Numbered from the stretch's first letter, positions 26,882-36,892 are shown. The stretch is 64,000 bases of DNA from an uncultured bacterium (GCA_964442615.1 CAYUAG010000004.1:3922-67921); one strand, 5' to 3'. Program-made: numbers and translations. Notes: generated by a model from the letters alone, not told the origin.

Positions 26882-28948
26882 TTATTGAGGTATTGCTTCC
26901 AGGAGCAGATACTGTTTAAAAGAGACCTCAATATAGGGAGAACTACTTTCTACTATTCCATAGTTTTTCTGGTTCACATAATCATTGACTGTATAAACCA
27001 TTCCTGGGGTAAGTCCCCGGAGCTCAATTTCCCCGTTAAAAGCTTTGGCATAAAATGCATAAAACATTTTTTTATCTTTTTTAATGGCATGTGTTTCTGG
27101 TTTGTCAAATCCAATATCATAAAGATGACCGAGATAATTACCTTTTGGTAACATTTTATCCTCATATATTCTCAGCCACTTCCGCCACTTTTCTTCTCTT
27201 TCTACAGTAAGATCAATCTTGGAATCCTTTTCAGATCCAACCGGCCAGGTAAATTTAGTACCTATAACTCCACCCACTCCCACGGTGGAAGCAAAATCAT
27301 CTCCCCCGTCACTGAGTTCAACATGATCTCCATAGTAGGCTGTCCTTGGTCCCATTAATGCTTTAAACGTTTTTCCCTTCAGCCGAATCTGCCAGGAACT
27401 GGTGGGATCGGAAGCAACCGGCTGATTCATAAAGGGCATAGTATGAAAATTATAAGCAGTACCGCAGGGACAAATCTCTACGACTGCATCAGAATTGAGG
27501 GATAGAGCTGTTTCGTAAATCATTTTGAAAAAATCAGGAGTAGCTTCTACTGATTCTTCGGCTCGACTATGATGATGTTTGGGATTATAACACCTGGGAG
27601 CCAGATTCAGGTGCTGTCCGTCAATTTTCAAACCATCAAAATCCCACTCTCCCATTATTTTTTCTACCAGTTTTTTAGTATATTGTTGAACCTCAGGATA
27701 TTGGGGACACAGATAATAGGCATTCCACCAACTGATTTTCCGTTTTGAACCATCTTCATTGAGAAGCAAATAATCAGGATGATTTTTTATCAGGTCAGTT
27801 CCAGGATCAACCGCCAGAGGAGCCCACCACAATTTTGCTTTCAATCCATATGAATGGATTTTGTCAACCAAAGCTTTCATGTCAGCATCACCCCGAGGAA
27901 ATTTATCTTTCACTAGATACCAGTCTCCCTCAGCAGTTTGCCACCCATCATCCAGTACAGCCCATTTATATCCCATGTCAGCCACTTTGGGAAGGGCGTT
28001 GTATATCTGCTCAATGGTGAAATTCCGTCTAAATCCCCAGGCACACCAGATAGGCTCATACGCAGTCTCAGAGGGTTGGGGAAAGCTAATACCATTTTTT
28101 CCCATAAAGCGACGGTACTCGGTCAGAGTATTGAAATAATCCCCTGTATGTAAAAGAACAAATGTCTTCAAGGTGTTTAAGCTCATTCCAGGTGATAAGG
28201 TTTCATCAACTTTAAAAGTTACAGCTACCTGTGCTTGATTTTTATGAGGCATAGTAACTGGAAGAGAAACTAATTTAGGTTCTGTTTCCATATGGCCAAT
28301 CCCAAGGCCAATATCCTTTGTCCATACATCACTGACTGGTGTTCCTCCACCATAGTCAGTCGCATTCATACCCAAATAATTCTCTTGTTTAAATCCCTTT
28401 TTAAGTGGTAAAATCCAATCCGGGCGTGACTCATAGGATCCACTCTGATAAGACCAGAATATAGGTTCATCATTATCCTTTTTCTCAGATCGGATCATAT
28501 AATTGTTGTTTGTCCAGGAATCTATTTGTAGATCCTGATTCCACATATTACTGTATCGTACCTGAAATAATGCCATAAAGGGAAAATCATCATAAAGAGT
28601 AATTAAAACTTCTTTTTTTAAATGTGAATTAGTACCTACAATTATATGTCTGCTTCCCTTTCCTATAGCATCAGTGAAAGATTCTACTTTATGATCAATA
28701 AAAATAAAATTCTGTACTTTTTTCCCCTTAACCGTAATTGTTTCTGAAACAGTAAAATCACCAAGTTCAACAGTTTGATCTCCTGTTGTTACTATTCTGC
28801 TGAATAAATTATTATCGAAATCAATCTGTATCCCTTTATGTTGTACCTGCAGGACAATTTTATTTTTCTTTGTACAGTTAGTGAATAAGAAAACAATACC
28901 GATAACTACTATGACAACTATTGATTTTATAATTCTTGAATAAATCAT
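26882..28948 (-). CDS. Clan GH-D (GH36-like) alpha-galactosidase candidate, secreted/anchored
   Basis: 688-aa ORF with AGGAGG SD and an N-terminal hydrophobic anchor. 'YKWAVLDDGWQTAEGDW', 'GLKAKLWWAP' and 'DFDGLKIDGQH' match the DDGW and K-x-D catalytic-region motifs of GH27/GH36. Confidence 0.6.
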   Translation of the reverse strand: MIYSRIIKSIVVIVVIGIVFLFTNCTKKNKIVLQVQHKGIQIDFDNNLFSRIVTTGDQTVELGDFTVSETITVKGKKVQNFIFIDHKVESFTDAIGKGSRHIIVGTNSHLKKEVLITLYDDFPFMALFQVRYSNMWNQDLQIDSWTNNNYMIRSEKKDNDEPIFWSYQSGSYESRPDWILPLKKGFKQENYLGMNATDYGGGTPVSDVWTKDIGLGIGHMETEPKLVSLPVTMPHKNQAQVAVTFKVDETLSPGMSLNTLKTFVLLHTGDYFNTLTEYRRFMGKNGISFPQPSETAYEPIWCAWGFRRNFTIEQIYNALPKVADMGYKWAVLDDGWQTAEGDWYLVKDKFPRGDADMKALVDKIHSYGLKAKLWWAPLAVDPGTDLIKNHPDYLLLNEDGSKRKISWWNAYYLCPQYPEVQQYTKKLVEKIMGEWDFDGLKIDGQHLNLAPRCYNPKHHHSRAEESVEATPDFFKMIYETALSLNSDAVVEICPCGTAYNFHTMPFMNQPVASDPTSSWQIRLKGKTFKALMGPRTAYYGDHVELSDGGDDFASTVGVGGVIGTKFTWPVGSEKDSKIDLTVEREEKWRKWLRIYEDKMLPKGNYLGHLYDIGFDKPETHAIKKDKKMFYAFYAKAFNGEIELRGLTPGMVYTVNDYVNQKNYGIVESSSPYIEVSFKQYLLLEAIPQ

Positions 28949-28973
28949 ATATTCCTCCTTTTGTCAATAAATT

Positions 28974-30071
28974 TTACTTTATTAATATTCCAAGAGCATT
29001 AGTACGATAGACTTTTTTCAGAATATTTTTTGAAAGACCAAAACCATTAAGAGCCCAATGATAGCCGAACTGATCTGTTTCATAGAAATGTTCATCTTCA
29101 GTTTCAAGAATATGAAAAGTAATTCTGTACATATCCAGATCAAAACCCATATCAGTACCGTACAATAACCGATCCTGATATTTTTTATAAAAAGAACGTG
29201 TAAACCTGGGAATTGGAGCTGTCTCCGCATATCTGGCAGATATATCTGCATAGAGATTAGGATATTTATCCAGTAATTCCCCTAACTTGGACAGATTGTA
29301 GGAACAGTTTGCAAAATGACAAGCAATAAAAGTTGTACGAGGATGTCGCTTAACTGCATTTTCCAGAATATCAATCATTCCAGCGTGTCTTACAATATCG
29401 GGTTGATTATCCAATCGCCATTCATAGGCATTCATAAGACCATCATTAGTCTCATCCATAGGTTCATACATCCACCTTGGATCTGCAACATGAATACTGA
29501 TGGGAAGATGTAAATCTGCACACTTTTCAAGCAATGTATTCATACGTGGATCATTAAGATGCATACCCTGGGCTTTGGTTTTACAATAAAATAAACCTTT
29601 CCCTTTATCACCTAGTTCACCCACACCTTTCGCACCTCTTTTAACACATCGTTCAAGTTCAGCAACTGCTGCCGGTCCGAAATCTGACTTATCATATCCT
29701 GAATAATCAAATCCGCACCATAGTTCAAATCGATCCGGATACCTGGCATACATGGTATAAATCGAATCAAATTTAGCACCAACAGCCATGGTAAGTATTA
29801 TTGTCTTTTCAATATTGGCAGCATCCATATTTTTCACCCATTGATCAATTTGGTCCGGTCCCTGAGCATAGGGGTGGGAATGCATGTCAATAATCGGAAA
29901 ACTGGCCTTCATAATCTCTGTTCGTGGGATTTTATATAGTGACTGGGGATGATAATCTTTTAATAACAGCCTTTCAGGTCTGCTTGCCTTTTCTTTATCA
30001 GAACACTGTATAGAAAAGAAAAATACACTTACAATTATCCCAAATAACCAACCTCGATTAAAAAAATTCAT
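28974..30071 (-). CDS. Exported Amidohydrolase_2-type metal-dependent hydrolase, lipoprotein
   Basis: 365-aa ORF with an SD. Lipobox-like FFFSIQC. 'IIDMHSHPY' H-x-H motif, 'ISIHVADP' and 'LLYGTDMG'. Third paralogue of this family in the window. Confidence 0.7.
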   Translation of the reverse strand: MNFFNRGWLFGIIVSVFFFSIQCSDKEKASRPERLLLKDYHPQSLYKIPRTEIMKASFPIIDMHSHPYAQGPDQIDQWVKNMDAANIEKTIILTMAVGAKFDSIYTMYARYPDRFELWCGFDYSGYDKSDFGPAAVAELERCVKRGAKGVGELGDKGKGLFYCKTKAQGMHLNDPRMNTLLEKCADLHLPISIHVADPRWMYEPMDETNDGLMNAYEWRLDNQPDIVRHAGMIDILENAVKRHPRTTFIACHFANCSYNLSKLGELLDKYPNLYADISARYAETAPIPRFTRSFYKKYQDRLLYGTDMGFDLDMYRITFHILETEDEHFYETDQFGYHWALNGFGLSKNILKKVYRTNALGILIK

Positions 30072-30090
30072 CTTTTACTCCTTAACCTAA

Positions 30091-30711
30091 TTAATTAAAC
30101 CATTCTGAAGATGGATATTTCTCTTTAAAATAAACTGGAGGTTTAGGCATAGTATAAATCTTATTTTCCAGAAATAGTTTATTTTCTTTTAATGCCTTAA
30201 ACTGCTGATGGAATATCCGTCCTGCATTATCAAGTTTAAAATAGTGTATACCCATATCAATTACTTTTTTATCTACTTCTTCAGACCAGTAGCGCACATT
30301 AAAATCCACCATCAGGCCCTCATTAATAAATAACTGCCTTTTCCCTTCCCATCGAGATGATATTAACCTTCTATTTGCATACCCTATATCCACTTCAATT
30401 CCTTTTAAAACATAGGCACCTGGAAGAACATTTTGAACAGCAAAGTATCCATTCTCATCTGTTTTTAAACGATATCCTTTTGCCTCTTCTACCCCTCCTT
30501 CTGTTGACTTTCCCACAATAATTACATTAATATTTTTTCGTTTTGATTCGTATAGATCATCAATACCGGTATTCTCTACCAGTATACCTCCCACAACAAC
30601 TGACTTACCAGGCAGTGGTTTCTGGGGGAAAAAACGGGGATGTGTAGAGGCACAGCCAAAGATCAAAAAGATTATGAAATAAATTAAAATAAGACGAGCT
30701 ATTGATTTCAT
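30091..30711 (-). CDS. Lipoprotein with carboxypeptidase-regulatory-like (CarboxypepD_reg) beta-sandwich
   Basis: 206-aa ORF with AGGAGGA SD. Lipobox LIFGC. 'DENGYFAVQNVLPGAYVLKGIEV' is a typical CarboxypepD_reg strand pattern. Confidence 0.45.
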   Translation of the reverse strand: MKSIARLILIYFIIFLIFGCASTHPRFFPQKPLPGKSVVVGGILVENTGIDDLYESKRKNINVIIVGKSTEGGVEEAKGYRLKTDENGYFAVQNVLPGAYVLKGIEVDIGYANRRLISSRWEGKRQLFINEGLMVDFNVRYWSEEVDKKVIDMGIHYFKLDNAGRIFHQQFKALKENKLFLENKIYTMPKPPVYFKEKYPSSEWFN

Positions 30712-30724
30712 TATATCCTCCTGT

Positions 30725-33700
30725 TTACATTTTTAACTTTTTATAGTTCTCTCTCAATTGTTCTGCATCTGGATGTCTTTTCAGGCCTTTATTAAGAATC
30801 TTACGCGCTTCATTAATGTTCCCCATTTCTCTATAACTCAATGCCAGATTATTGAAATAATCCGGATTGTTTGTATCGATGGAAAGTGCCTGGCTAAAGG
30901 CTTTGACTGCTTGTTGAAACTGTCCCTGCATCACATAACTATTTCCCAAATTATAGAGAATCTCAGCATTAGAGGAATCAAAACCCAGTGCTTTAAAAAA
31001 ATATTTTTGGCTTTCTATAAAATTTTTCTGTAAATAATAGGCATTACCCAATTTAAATAATACCCGGGAATTCCCAGGTTCCATACTCAAGGCTTTTCTG
31101 TAATATTTAATTGACTGATCAATTTCTCCGGAGACTAACAAACAATCCCCAATATCTGCCGTAGTAGTGGGCTGATATTCCATTATTGATATGGATTGCT
31201 TATAGTTTGATAATGCAGCTCTATAGTTCTGCTGAACTTTATAAACTGTTCCTTTTCCATTCATTGCTTCATACATTCTGGGATCATAAGAAATGGCCTT
31301 TGTATAGGCGTTGAGAGCATTATCATATTCTTTATTTCTTCTACTAAGTTCACCCTGTAAATACCAGCCGCCGGCAAAATCTGTTTTATATTGTAGAGCA
31401 TTATTTATCATAATTTTAGCTGAATCTGCCTGGTCAAGACCGAGGTAACATCTGGCCAATTCATATTGGATCAGATAGTTACTGTCAAAATCTTCTCTTA
31501 AACTGTTGAGATAATGCTTTGCCACCTTATATTTTTCCAATCCAAGTAGATAACGAACATACTGGATTACAGCAGTCCTGTTTTTATGTACTAAGTTATG
31601 TTCTAATTGACGTCCAATAATATCTGTTTTCTCAAAAAAATGAGTTCCCAGTTTACTTTTGGGGATAGATTTGGAAGCACTCATAACCATCTTCAGAGAA
31701 GTTGAGGTTCTGCCCTGATATGCTGCTAAAATTCCTTCGAAAAGCAGACGCGAAGCTGCATAATGATTCTCTACATCTTTAATAATTTTTTGCCTTTCCC
31801 TTTTTTGTTCTGGAAGTCCAGTTAGAATTTGCAATGGATCCGGTCGACGGTAAATAATTTTTCCTAAATTCCGATAAGCACAATAATCTCTGGAACGTAT
31901 AGCATGAGAGGAAAATTCAAGCACCGGATTATCATCACTGTTTATTTCCGCCTTACCTGCTATAGCTTCTATACCCTTTTCATCCAGTAAAATACAGTCA
32001 ATAAGATCATTCCAATTATTAATATTGACTGCAGCCAAATCTGCTTTAATAGAGGGATTATTAAATTGCTGTTCAATTTTTTTAATATTAAACTTTAATG
32101 GTTGCTCAGATCCCATAAGAACAATTTGTTTATTAATACAGTTTGGCGCCATCCAGAGAAGACAATGTGGAAATACGAAATGAAAGGTTTTAAGAACAAT
32201 GGCAAAATCCTCTGGATCTAAATCAATAGTCATCCAGGTTGAAAGTACCCCTCCCGGATTTAACTTTCTTTTACAATAGTTAAAATGTTCCAGGGTAAAT
32301 AAACTGGCACTGGGAGTAGCCACCGCATAATTGGCATCATTCATAATAATATCAAAGGATTTATTGGTATATTGAACATAATTTCTCCCGTCCATAATAT
32401 ATACAGATAAGACAGGATTATCTAACACATTATGATTCAGATGGCTGAAGTGCTTTTGAGCCAATTTGAGAACATCATCAGATATTTCTATTAATTCAAA
32501 CTTCATAACCGGGTGAAGAAGCGCAGAATAACTGGTCTGGCCAGTTCCAAAACCAATCTGCAGAACATCTCCTGAGTCAGCATGCATAAAAGTAGGCAGA
32601 TGGCCCTGAAGGATCTGCAGGGTACGCAGCATAAAGCTTGTGCCTGCTACATTTAATCCGTTAACATCGATCCGCTTAATTTGTTCACCAGCTTTCTGTT
32701 TCTCATGAACAGTTACTGTCCCCTCTACCCCCTCCTGATAGTCTATGAGAGGATATACCTGCCTTTCAACATGGCTGTAGGCATTGATAAAAAGGCGGGG
32801 AGGTGTGAATATAATTACTGCTCCTAACAATACAATTACTAAAGGAGAAAAAACAACTCCCCTCTTGGGAAAATCTTGTAGCCTGGGCCAGAAAAAAAGT
32901 ATGCTTCCCAGAATTAGATTAATAACAACCATACCCAGCATCACTGCTGAAGTTCCCAATAATTCGATAAAAATAAAACCAGTTAAAAATGAACCAAAAA
33001 CACCTCCCAAGGTATTATAAAAGTAAAGGGTGCCAATCCCAGAACCAACCTTTTTAAGGTTCGGTACCATAACTTTAGATACAATTGGAAAAAGAGCTCC
33101 CATAAAAAATGTGGGAACAAACATAATCAGAAAGACTTCTACAAATCGAACAAAATTCAATTCCCACCAAGATGACTGCGGTCCTGGAGTAAAAAAAGAA
33201 TAATGAATTTGAGAAAGATGTATCAGAGCAATTCCAGTCAATAGTGCTCCCAATCCTATACCCCATTCAATAATTCCTGCTATTTTTAAGAGATTTTTTA
33301 TTTTATCCGCTATTTGTCCTCCAACTGCAGATCCGAGGGCAATACCTGCCAAGAATGTTGTTAACATAATAGAAAAAGCATAAACTGAATTTGTAAGTAC
33401 AAAAACAAGGATCCGGTTCCACAATACTTCATAGGAAAGAGCAGTAAAACCTGATATTACTACAACTATAATCAGTAATCTTATCTTGTGAGTAGCAGCT
33501 GACCTAAAGAATTGTGCCTGTTTAATTTTATCAACTGTGGTTTGGAATTTTTTAATTGGAAATGCCAGCATGTAAGCTGAAACTGCAACTATAACATTAA
33601 TTATTACAGCCAGCATCAAGGTATGGGTAACTCCCATTTGTGGAATCAAGATAAATCCTGTAATCAAAGTTCCTGTCATAGCACCAAAGGTATTAATGCT

Positions 33701-34165
33701 ATAGAGTCTGCCTACACTAACTCCCAGTGTCTCTTTTTCTCGGATTATCTTTCTACTCAGTACCGGTAATGTCCCCCCCATCATAAAGGTTGCAGGCAGA
33801 AGTAGTACAAAACAAATAAAAAACTGAATTATATAAAGGGCGGGACTACTTGGATGCAAAACATTAAAGAACAAAGCAAATAGTGATTGCAAAACAGGAT
33901 GGATCAATAATAGTATAAGGGCAATAATACCTATTCCCAATTCCAGACCAGCATACAGTTTAAGTGGACGAGAGTACCGATCTGCATGTTTTCCAATAAT
34001 AATACTACCCAAAGCAAGGCCAAGCATAAAAGCTGATAAAACAGTACTGACTGCTAAGGTTGTATTACCGAATACAAGTCCAAATATACGAGTCCATACA
34101 ACTTCATAAATTAATCCAGTAAAACCCGATAGAAAAAAAAGAATAAATAAAATAATAATCCACAT
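30725..34165 (-). CDS. Fused polytopic membrane domain / spermidine-synthase-like (PABS) methyltransferase-fold domain / C-terminal TPR array
   Basis: The ORF track gives 30725-34300, but that start is GTG with no SD. The ATG at 34165 gives MWIIILFILFFLSGFTGLIYEVVWTRIFGLVFG, the usual N-terminus of 'fused MFS/spermidine synthase' proteins. A second copy reads 'ISGFTALSYEVLWNRIL'. 'VLQIGFGTGQTS' and 'DIIMNDA' are AdoMet-fold motifs. There are about 10 TPR-like repeats at the C-terminus. The start remains uncertain. Confidence 0.65.
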   Translation of the reverse strand: MWIIILFILFFLSGFTGLIYEVVWTRIFGLVFGNTTLAVSTVLSAFMLGLALGSIIIGKHADRYSRPLKLYAGLELGIGIIALILLLIHPVLQSLFALFFNVLHPSSPALYIIQFFICFVLLLPATFMMGGTLPVLSRKIIREKETLGVSVGRLYSINTFGAMTGTLITGFILIPQMGVTHTLMLAVIINVIVAVSAYMLAFPIKKFQTTVDKIKQAQFFRSAATHKIRLLIIVVVISGFTALSYEVLWNRILVFVLTNSVYAFSIMLTTFLAGIALGSAVGGQIADKIKNLLKIAGIIEWGIGLGALLTGIALIHLSQIHYSFFTPGPQSSWWELNFVRFVEVFLIMFVPTFFMGALFPIVSKVMVPNLKKVGSGIGTLYFYNTLGGVFGSFLTGFIFIELLGTSAVMLGMVVINLILGSILFFWPRLQDFPKRGVVFSPLVIVLLGAVIIFTPPRLFINAYSHVERQVYPLIDYQEGVEGTVTVHEKQKAGEQIKRIDVNGLNVAGTSFMLRTLQILQGHLPTFMHADSGDVLQIGFGTGQTSYSALLHPVMKFELIEISDDVLKLAQKHFSHLNHNVLDNPVLSVYIMDGRNYVQYTNKSFDIIMNDANYAVATPSASLFTLEHFNYCKRKLNPGGVLSTWMTIDLDPEDFAIVLKTFHFVFPHCLLWMAPNCINKQIVLMGSEQPLKFNIKKIEQQFNNPSIKADLAAVNINNWNDLIDCILLDEKGIEAIAGKAEINSDDNPVLEFSSHAIRSRDYCAYRNLGKIIYRRPDPLQILTGLPEQKRERQKIIKDVENHYAASRLLFEGILAAYQGRTSTSLKMVMSASKSIPKSKLGTHFFEKTDIIGRQLEHNLVHKNRTAVIQYVRYLLGLEKYKVAKHYLNSLREDFDSNYLIQYELARCYLGLDQADSAKIMINNALQYKTDFAGGWYLQGELSRRNKEYDNALNAYTKAISYDPRMYEAMNGKGTVYKVQQNYRAALSNYKQSISIMEYQPTTTADIGDCLLVSGEIDQSIKYYRKALSMEPGNSRVLFKLGNAYYLQKNFIESQKYFFKALGFDSSNAEILYNLGNSYVMQGQFQQAVKAFSQALSIDTNNPDYFNNLALSYREMGNINEARKILNKGLKRHPDAEQLRENYKKLKM

Positions 34166-34623
34166 ATTAGTAAAAATGTTAAAAAAAAACTCCTGGAATA
34201 ATAATTTTTTTAAGATGTTTAGTACATATGACCATAGGAATTTATAATTTTTTATGACAGGATAACAAGATGAATGAGATATTAAAATCTTGCTAATCAC
34301 TTATTGTTATCTGGTTATTGAAGAACTTTACGCTGCTCTTCTACTTTTGTTATAATAACCATTTTTTATTTATCTCGTGTAATATTGATATAAGCCTATT
34401 TCATGTAAATGGTTAATCTATATAGTATTCTTTGACCAAAGCTAAAAGGGCTTTTCTGTAAAACGGAGTAAACTGTTTCTAAAAACCATATCCACTTGCG
34501 CTATAAACTTAATAAGCACATAAATTTTTATTAATAATTTTATCCAGTTTTTATCCTGTTATCTTGTCAATAAATTATTATTTTGATTTACTGATAATGT
34601 TATCCTTCTTTGACCATATGTTA

Positions 34624-35652
34624 CTATTTTAAAATAATAAATTTTTTTATTTGTGAATAATTTTGATAATTAATACAAAAAAAATAAATACCACTCGAAA
34701 ACTCTGATACATCTATATTAACTTCATGTAAGCCAGAAGAAATAACATTTAATTCTATCTTTTTTTCCACTTGTCCGATAATATTAAAAATTGTTAAAAC
34801 AACTATCCCCTCACTTGATATTGAGAATGGAATAGTTGTATATGAATTACAGGGATTAGGGACACTCTGGTAAACATTGAAAAATTCACCTTTTTGAGCA
34901 ATATACTGACCATCAACCGAGCTATAATCATCAAAAATATGAGAGATTTCTGTACCGATACGAACATCATCAATTCTTCCTTGAAAATCCTTAATGGATG
35001 GTTGAGATACATCACTTCTAAACCAGGAACCAATTACTAAGGGATCATTATTGGAAAAATAATCCTGTTGGAAATTAACAGTATCAACAGCAGCTATCTG
35101 TGGTTGATCCCAAAAATAGACCATTCCGGCCTCATAATTATAAAACATACAAACAAAATTCCACTGATCAATAGTTATTGTAAAACTTGAACTCACTTTT
35201 TGTGCCTGGTTCTGATCATCACGAATTAGAAACTCAATTGTCTTATTTTTTGAAATACGAAGTGCATAATTTGTGGTCTTCGTATCTGGAAATTGATCTC
35301 CCTTATTAAGAATATAGTACACATCATCTCCCACCTTCAATGGATAGATCCAGGCAGAGATTGCGATATTCTCATTATCAAAATCGAGATCATCACTATC
35401 ATCAACTTTGAAAAAATCGTGTACCCAGGTAGTATCCAGCATTAAATACGCTGATCCTTGCTGAAGTGGAGATAATTCCTGAAACACAGCTTCTCCCTGC
35501 AACTGACCACTATTATTGGTTAGATCCCACCAGGCAGTATCATCTCCATTGTTTTCAAACTGCCATCTCCCCCCTTTTTGTTGGGCAATGCCAATGTGAG
35601 TAGTAAAAAAAAATATACCGATTATCATAGAACACAATTTGATTCTATACAT
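34624..35652 (-). CDS. Secreted LamG/concanavalin-like lectin-fold protein with T9SS-type C-terminal sorting domain
   Basis: 342-aa ORF with GAGGAAA SD and a signal peptide. The C-terminus 'VPNPCNSYTTIPFSISSEGIVVLTIFNIIGQVEKKIEL....SGIYFFCINYQNYSQIKKFIILK' fits the Por secretion CTD pattern (PNP...i.f.l......l.iyn..Gq.v......G.Y). Confidence 0.6.
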   Translation of the reverse strand: MYRIKLCSMIIGIFFFTTHIGIAQQKGGRWQFENNGDDTAWWDLTNNSGQLQGEAVFQELSPLQQGSAYLMLDTTWVHDFFKVDDSDDLDFDNENIAISAWIYPLKVGDDVYYILNKGDQFPDTKTTNYALRISKNKTIEFLIRDDQNQAQKVSSSFTITIDQWNFVCMFYNYEAGMVYFWDQPQIAAVDTVNFQQDYFSNNDPLVIGSWFRSDVSQPSIKDFQGRIDDVRIGTEISHIFDDYSSVDGQYIAQKGEFFNVYQSVPNPCNSYTTIPFSISSEGIVVLTIFNIIGQVEKKIELNVISSGLHEVNIDVSEFSSGIYFFCINYQNYSQIKKFIILK

Positions 35653-35743
35653 TATTATTTCCTCAACTACATTAAATTTTTAGAGCTTGTGCAGGAAAAA
35701 TTAAAAAATTTTCCTGCACAATTCTCTAATCAAAGAAAAAGGA

Positions 35744-36892
35744 CTACTGTAATCCGTAATTAGGTGCTTGCTCAACTCCGATGTAAATACTCATTACCTC
35801 ACCAACATCACCCCAGCCAGGATAGACAACGTAGAGCATTTTATTATGAAAAGTCAGATATCTCATGGGTGTCATAAGTTGATCTTCAAAAAGTGTCTCG
35901 CTGGAACCATTCTCTGCTAGAGTGTATAGAGTTGTTTCCCAGGCTTCTGAATAGTAAAGGGTTCCTTCCTCATCAATCTCAAGTCCAACTGGTGAATCTC
36001 CCTCATAGACGAGCTCAGCTGTACCTACTCCTCCATCTGTTATAGGGAATTTCATTATTTGACCATCCCAGATATTGGTAAGATAAACAGCATCCTCATA
36101 AACACGACAACTTTTTGAACCTCCCCCAATATCAGAAAGATGTGTAATACTTGCACCATCGTACATTTTAAAACCTTCATCATTAGCACAAATATACATA
36201 GTACCATTACTATCCCAATCAAAATCAACAGGTGTGTCAATATCAGTGAGATAATCTTCAATAGTTTGACCATCTGAAGATACTCGTACAATCTTGTTTT
36301 CCCAAGATTGGGCAACATATAAGTAACCTCCTGGTCCCCATCCAATAGATCCACTCACAGGGACTTCAGCAAAAACTGACTTATTACCATCAGAATCAAA
36401 TTTATAAATAACCTCATCCGTAGCAGATCCGACATAGACATTTCCCTGATCATCAGCCTCTACTCCCATAGGCCAGTTTATTTCCTCTGAAATTACCTGC
36501 AATACACTCTTAAAAGTAAAATCAAGAAAATTACTCCAATACTCCGAACCTTTCACTGCAGCCTTTACTTTAATGGTTGTATCAGCAATATTGGGTGTTT
36601 TCACCTCAAGTTCTGTTGCTGTAGCACTTAATACTGTGGCTTCTTTCTTATCGAAAGCAACAAAATTGTATTCAGGAACTGTATTAAATCCGCTTCCTTT
36701 TATGGTTACCGTCTGTTTTAAATAACCCTCTTGGGGATCTATTTCACTAAGAGTAGGAGCCGGTTGACCAGTAGGATTTGGGTCTGGATTATCTGTTCCA
36801 TAGGTAGGTTGATCTGGCGCTTTGCAAGCAATAAACACCAATCCAATAAAGAAAAGCAGTCCTAGAGCAGACTTTAAAAATATTTTATTCAT
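35744..36892 (-). CDS. Lipoprotein with IPT/TIG domain and NHL/SMP-30-like beta-propeller
   Basis: 382-aa ORF with GGAGG SD. Lipobox LVFIAC. 'VTIKGSGFNTVPEYNFVAF' is IPT-like. Repeated 'G.lYVa/..d..G.mYi' propeller blades follow. Confidence 0.5.
   Translation of the reverse strand: MNKIFLKSALGLLFFIGLVFIACKAPDQPTYGTDNPDPNPTGQPAPTLSEIDPQEGYLKQTVTIKGSGFNTVPEYNFVAFDKKEATVLSATATELEVKTPNIADTTIKVKAAVKGSEYWSNFLDFTFKSVLQVISEEINWPMGVEADDQGNVYVGSATDEVIYKFDSDGNKSVFAEVPVSGSIGWGPGGYLYVAQSWENKIVRVSSDGQTIEDYLTDIDTPVDFDWDSNGTMYICANDEGFKMYDGASITHLSDIGGGSKSCRVYEDAVYLTNIWDGQIMKFPITDGGVGTAELVYEGDSPVGLEIDEEGTLYYSEAWETTLYTLAENGSSETLFEDQLMTPMRYLTFHNKMLYVVYPGWGDVGEVMSIYIGVEQAPNYGLQ

Noticed and set aside
34166-34300. 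N-terminal 45-codon extension (GTG start) of the spermidine-synthase-like fusion
   Set aside because: It uses a GTG with no SD and has an odd, non-membrane composition. The ATG at 34165 gives the family-typical first TM helix. The true start remains unverified.
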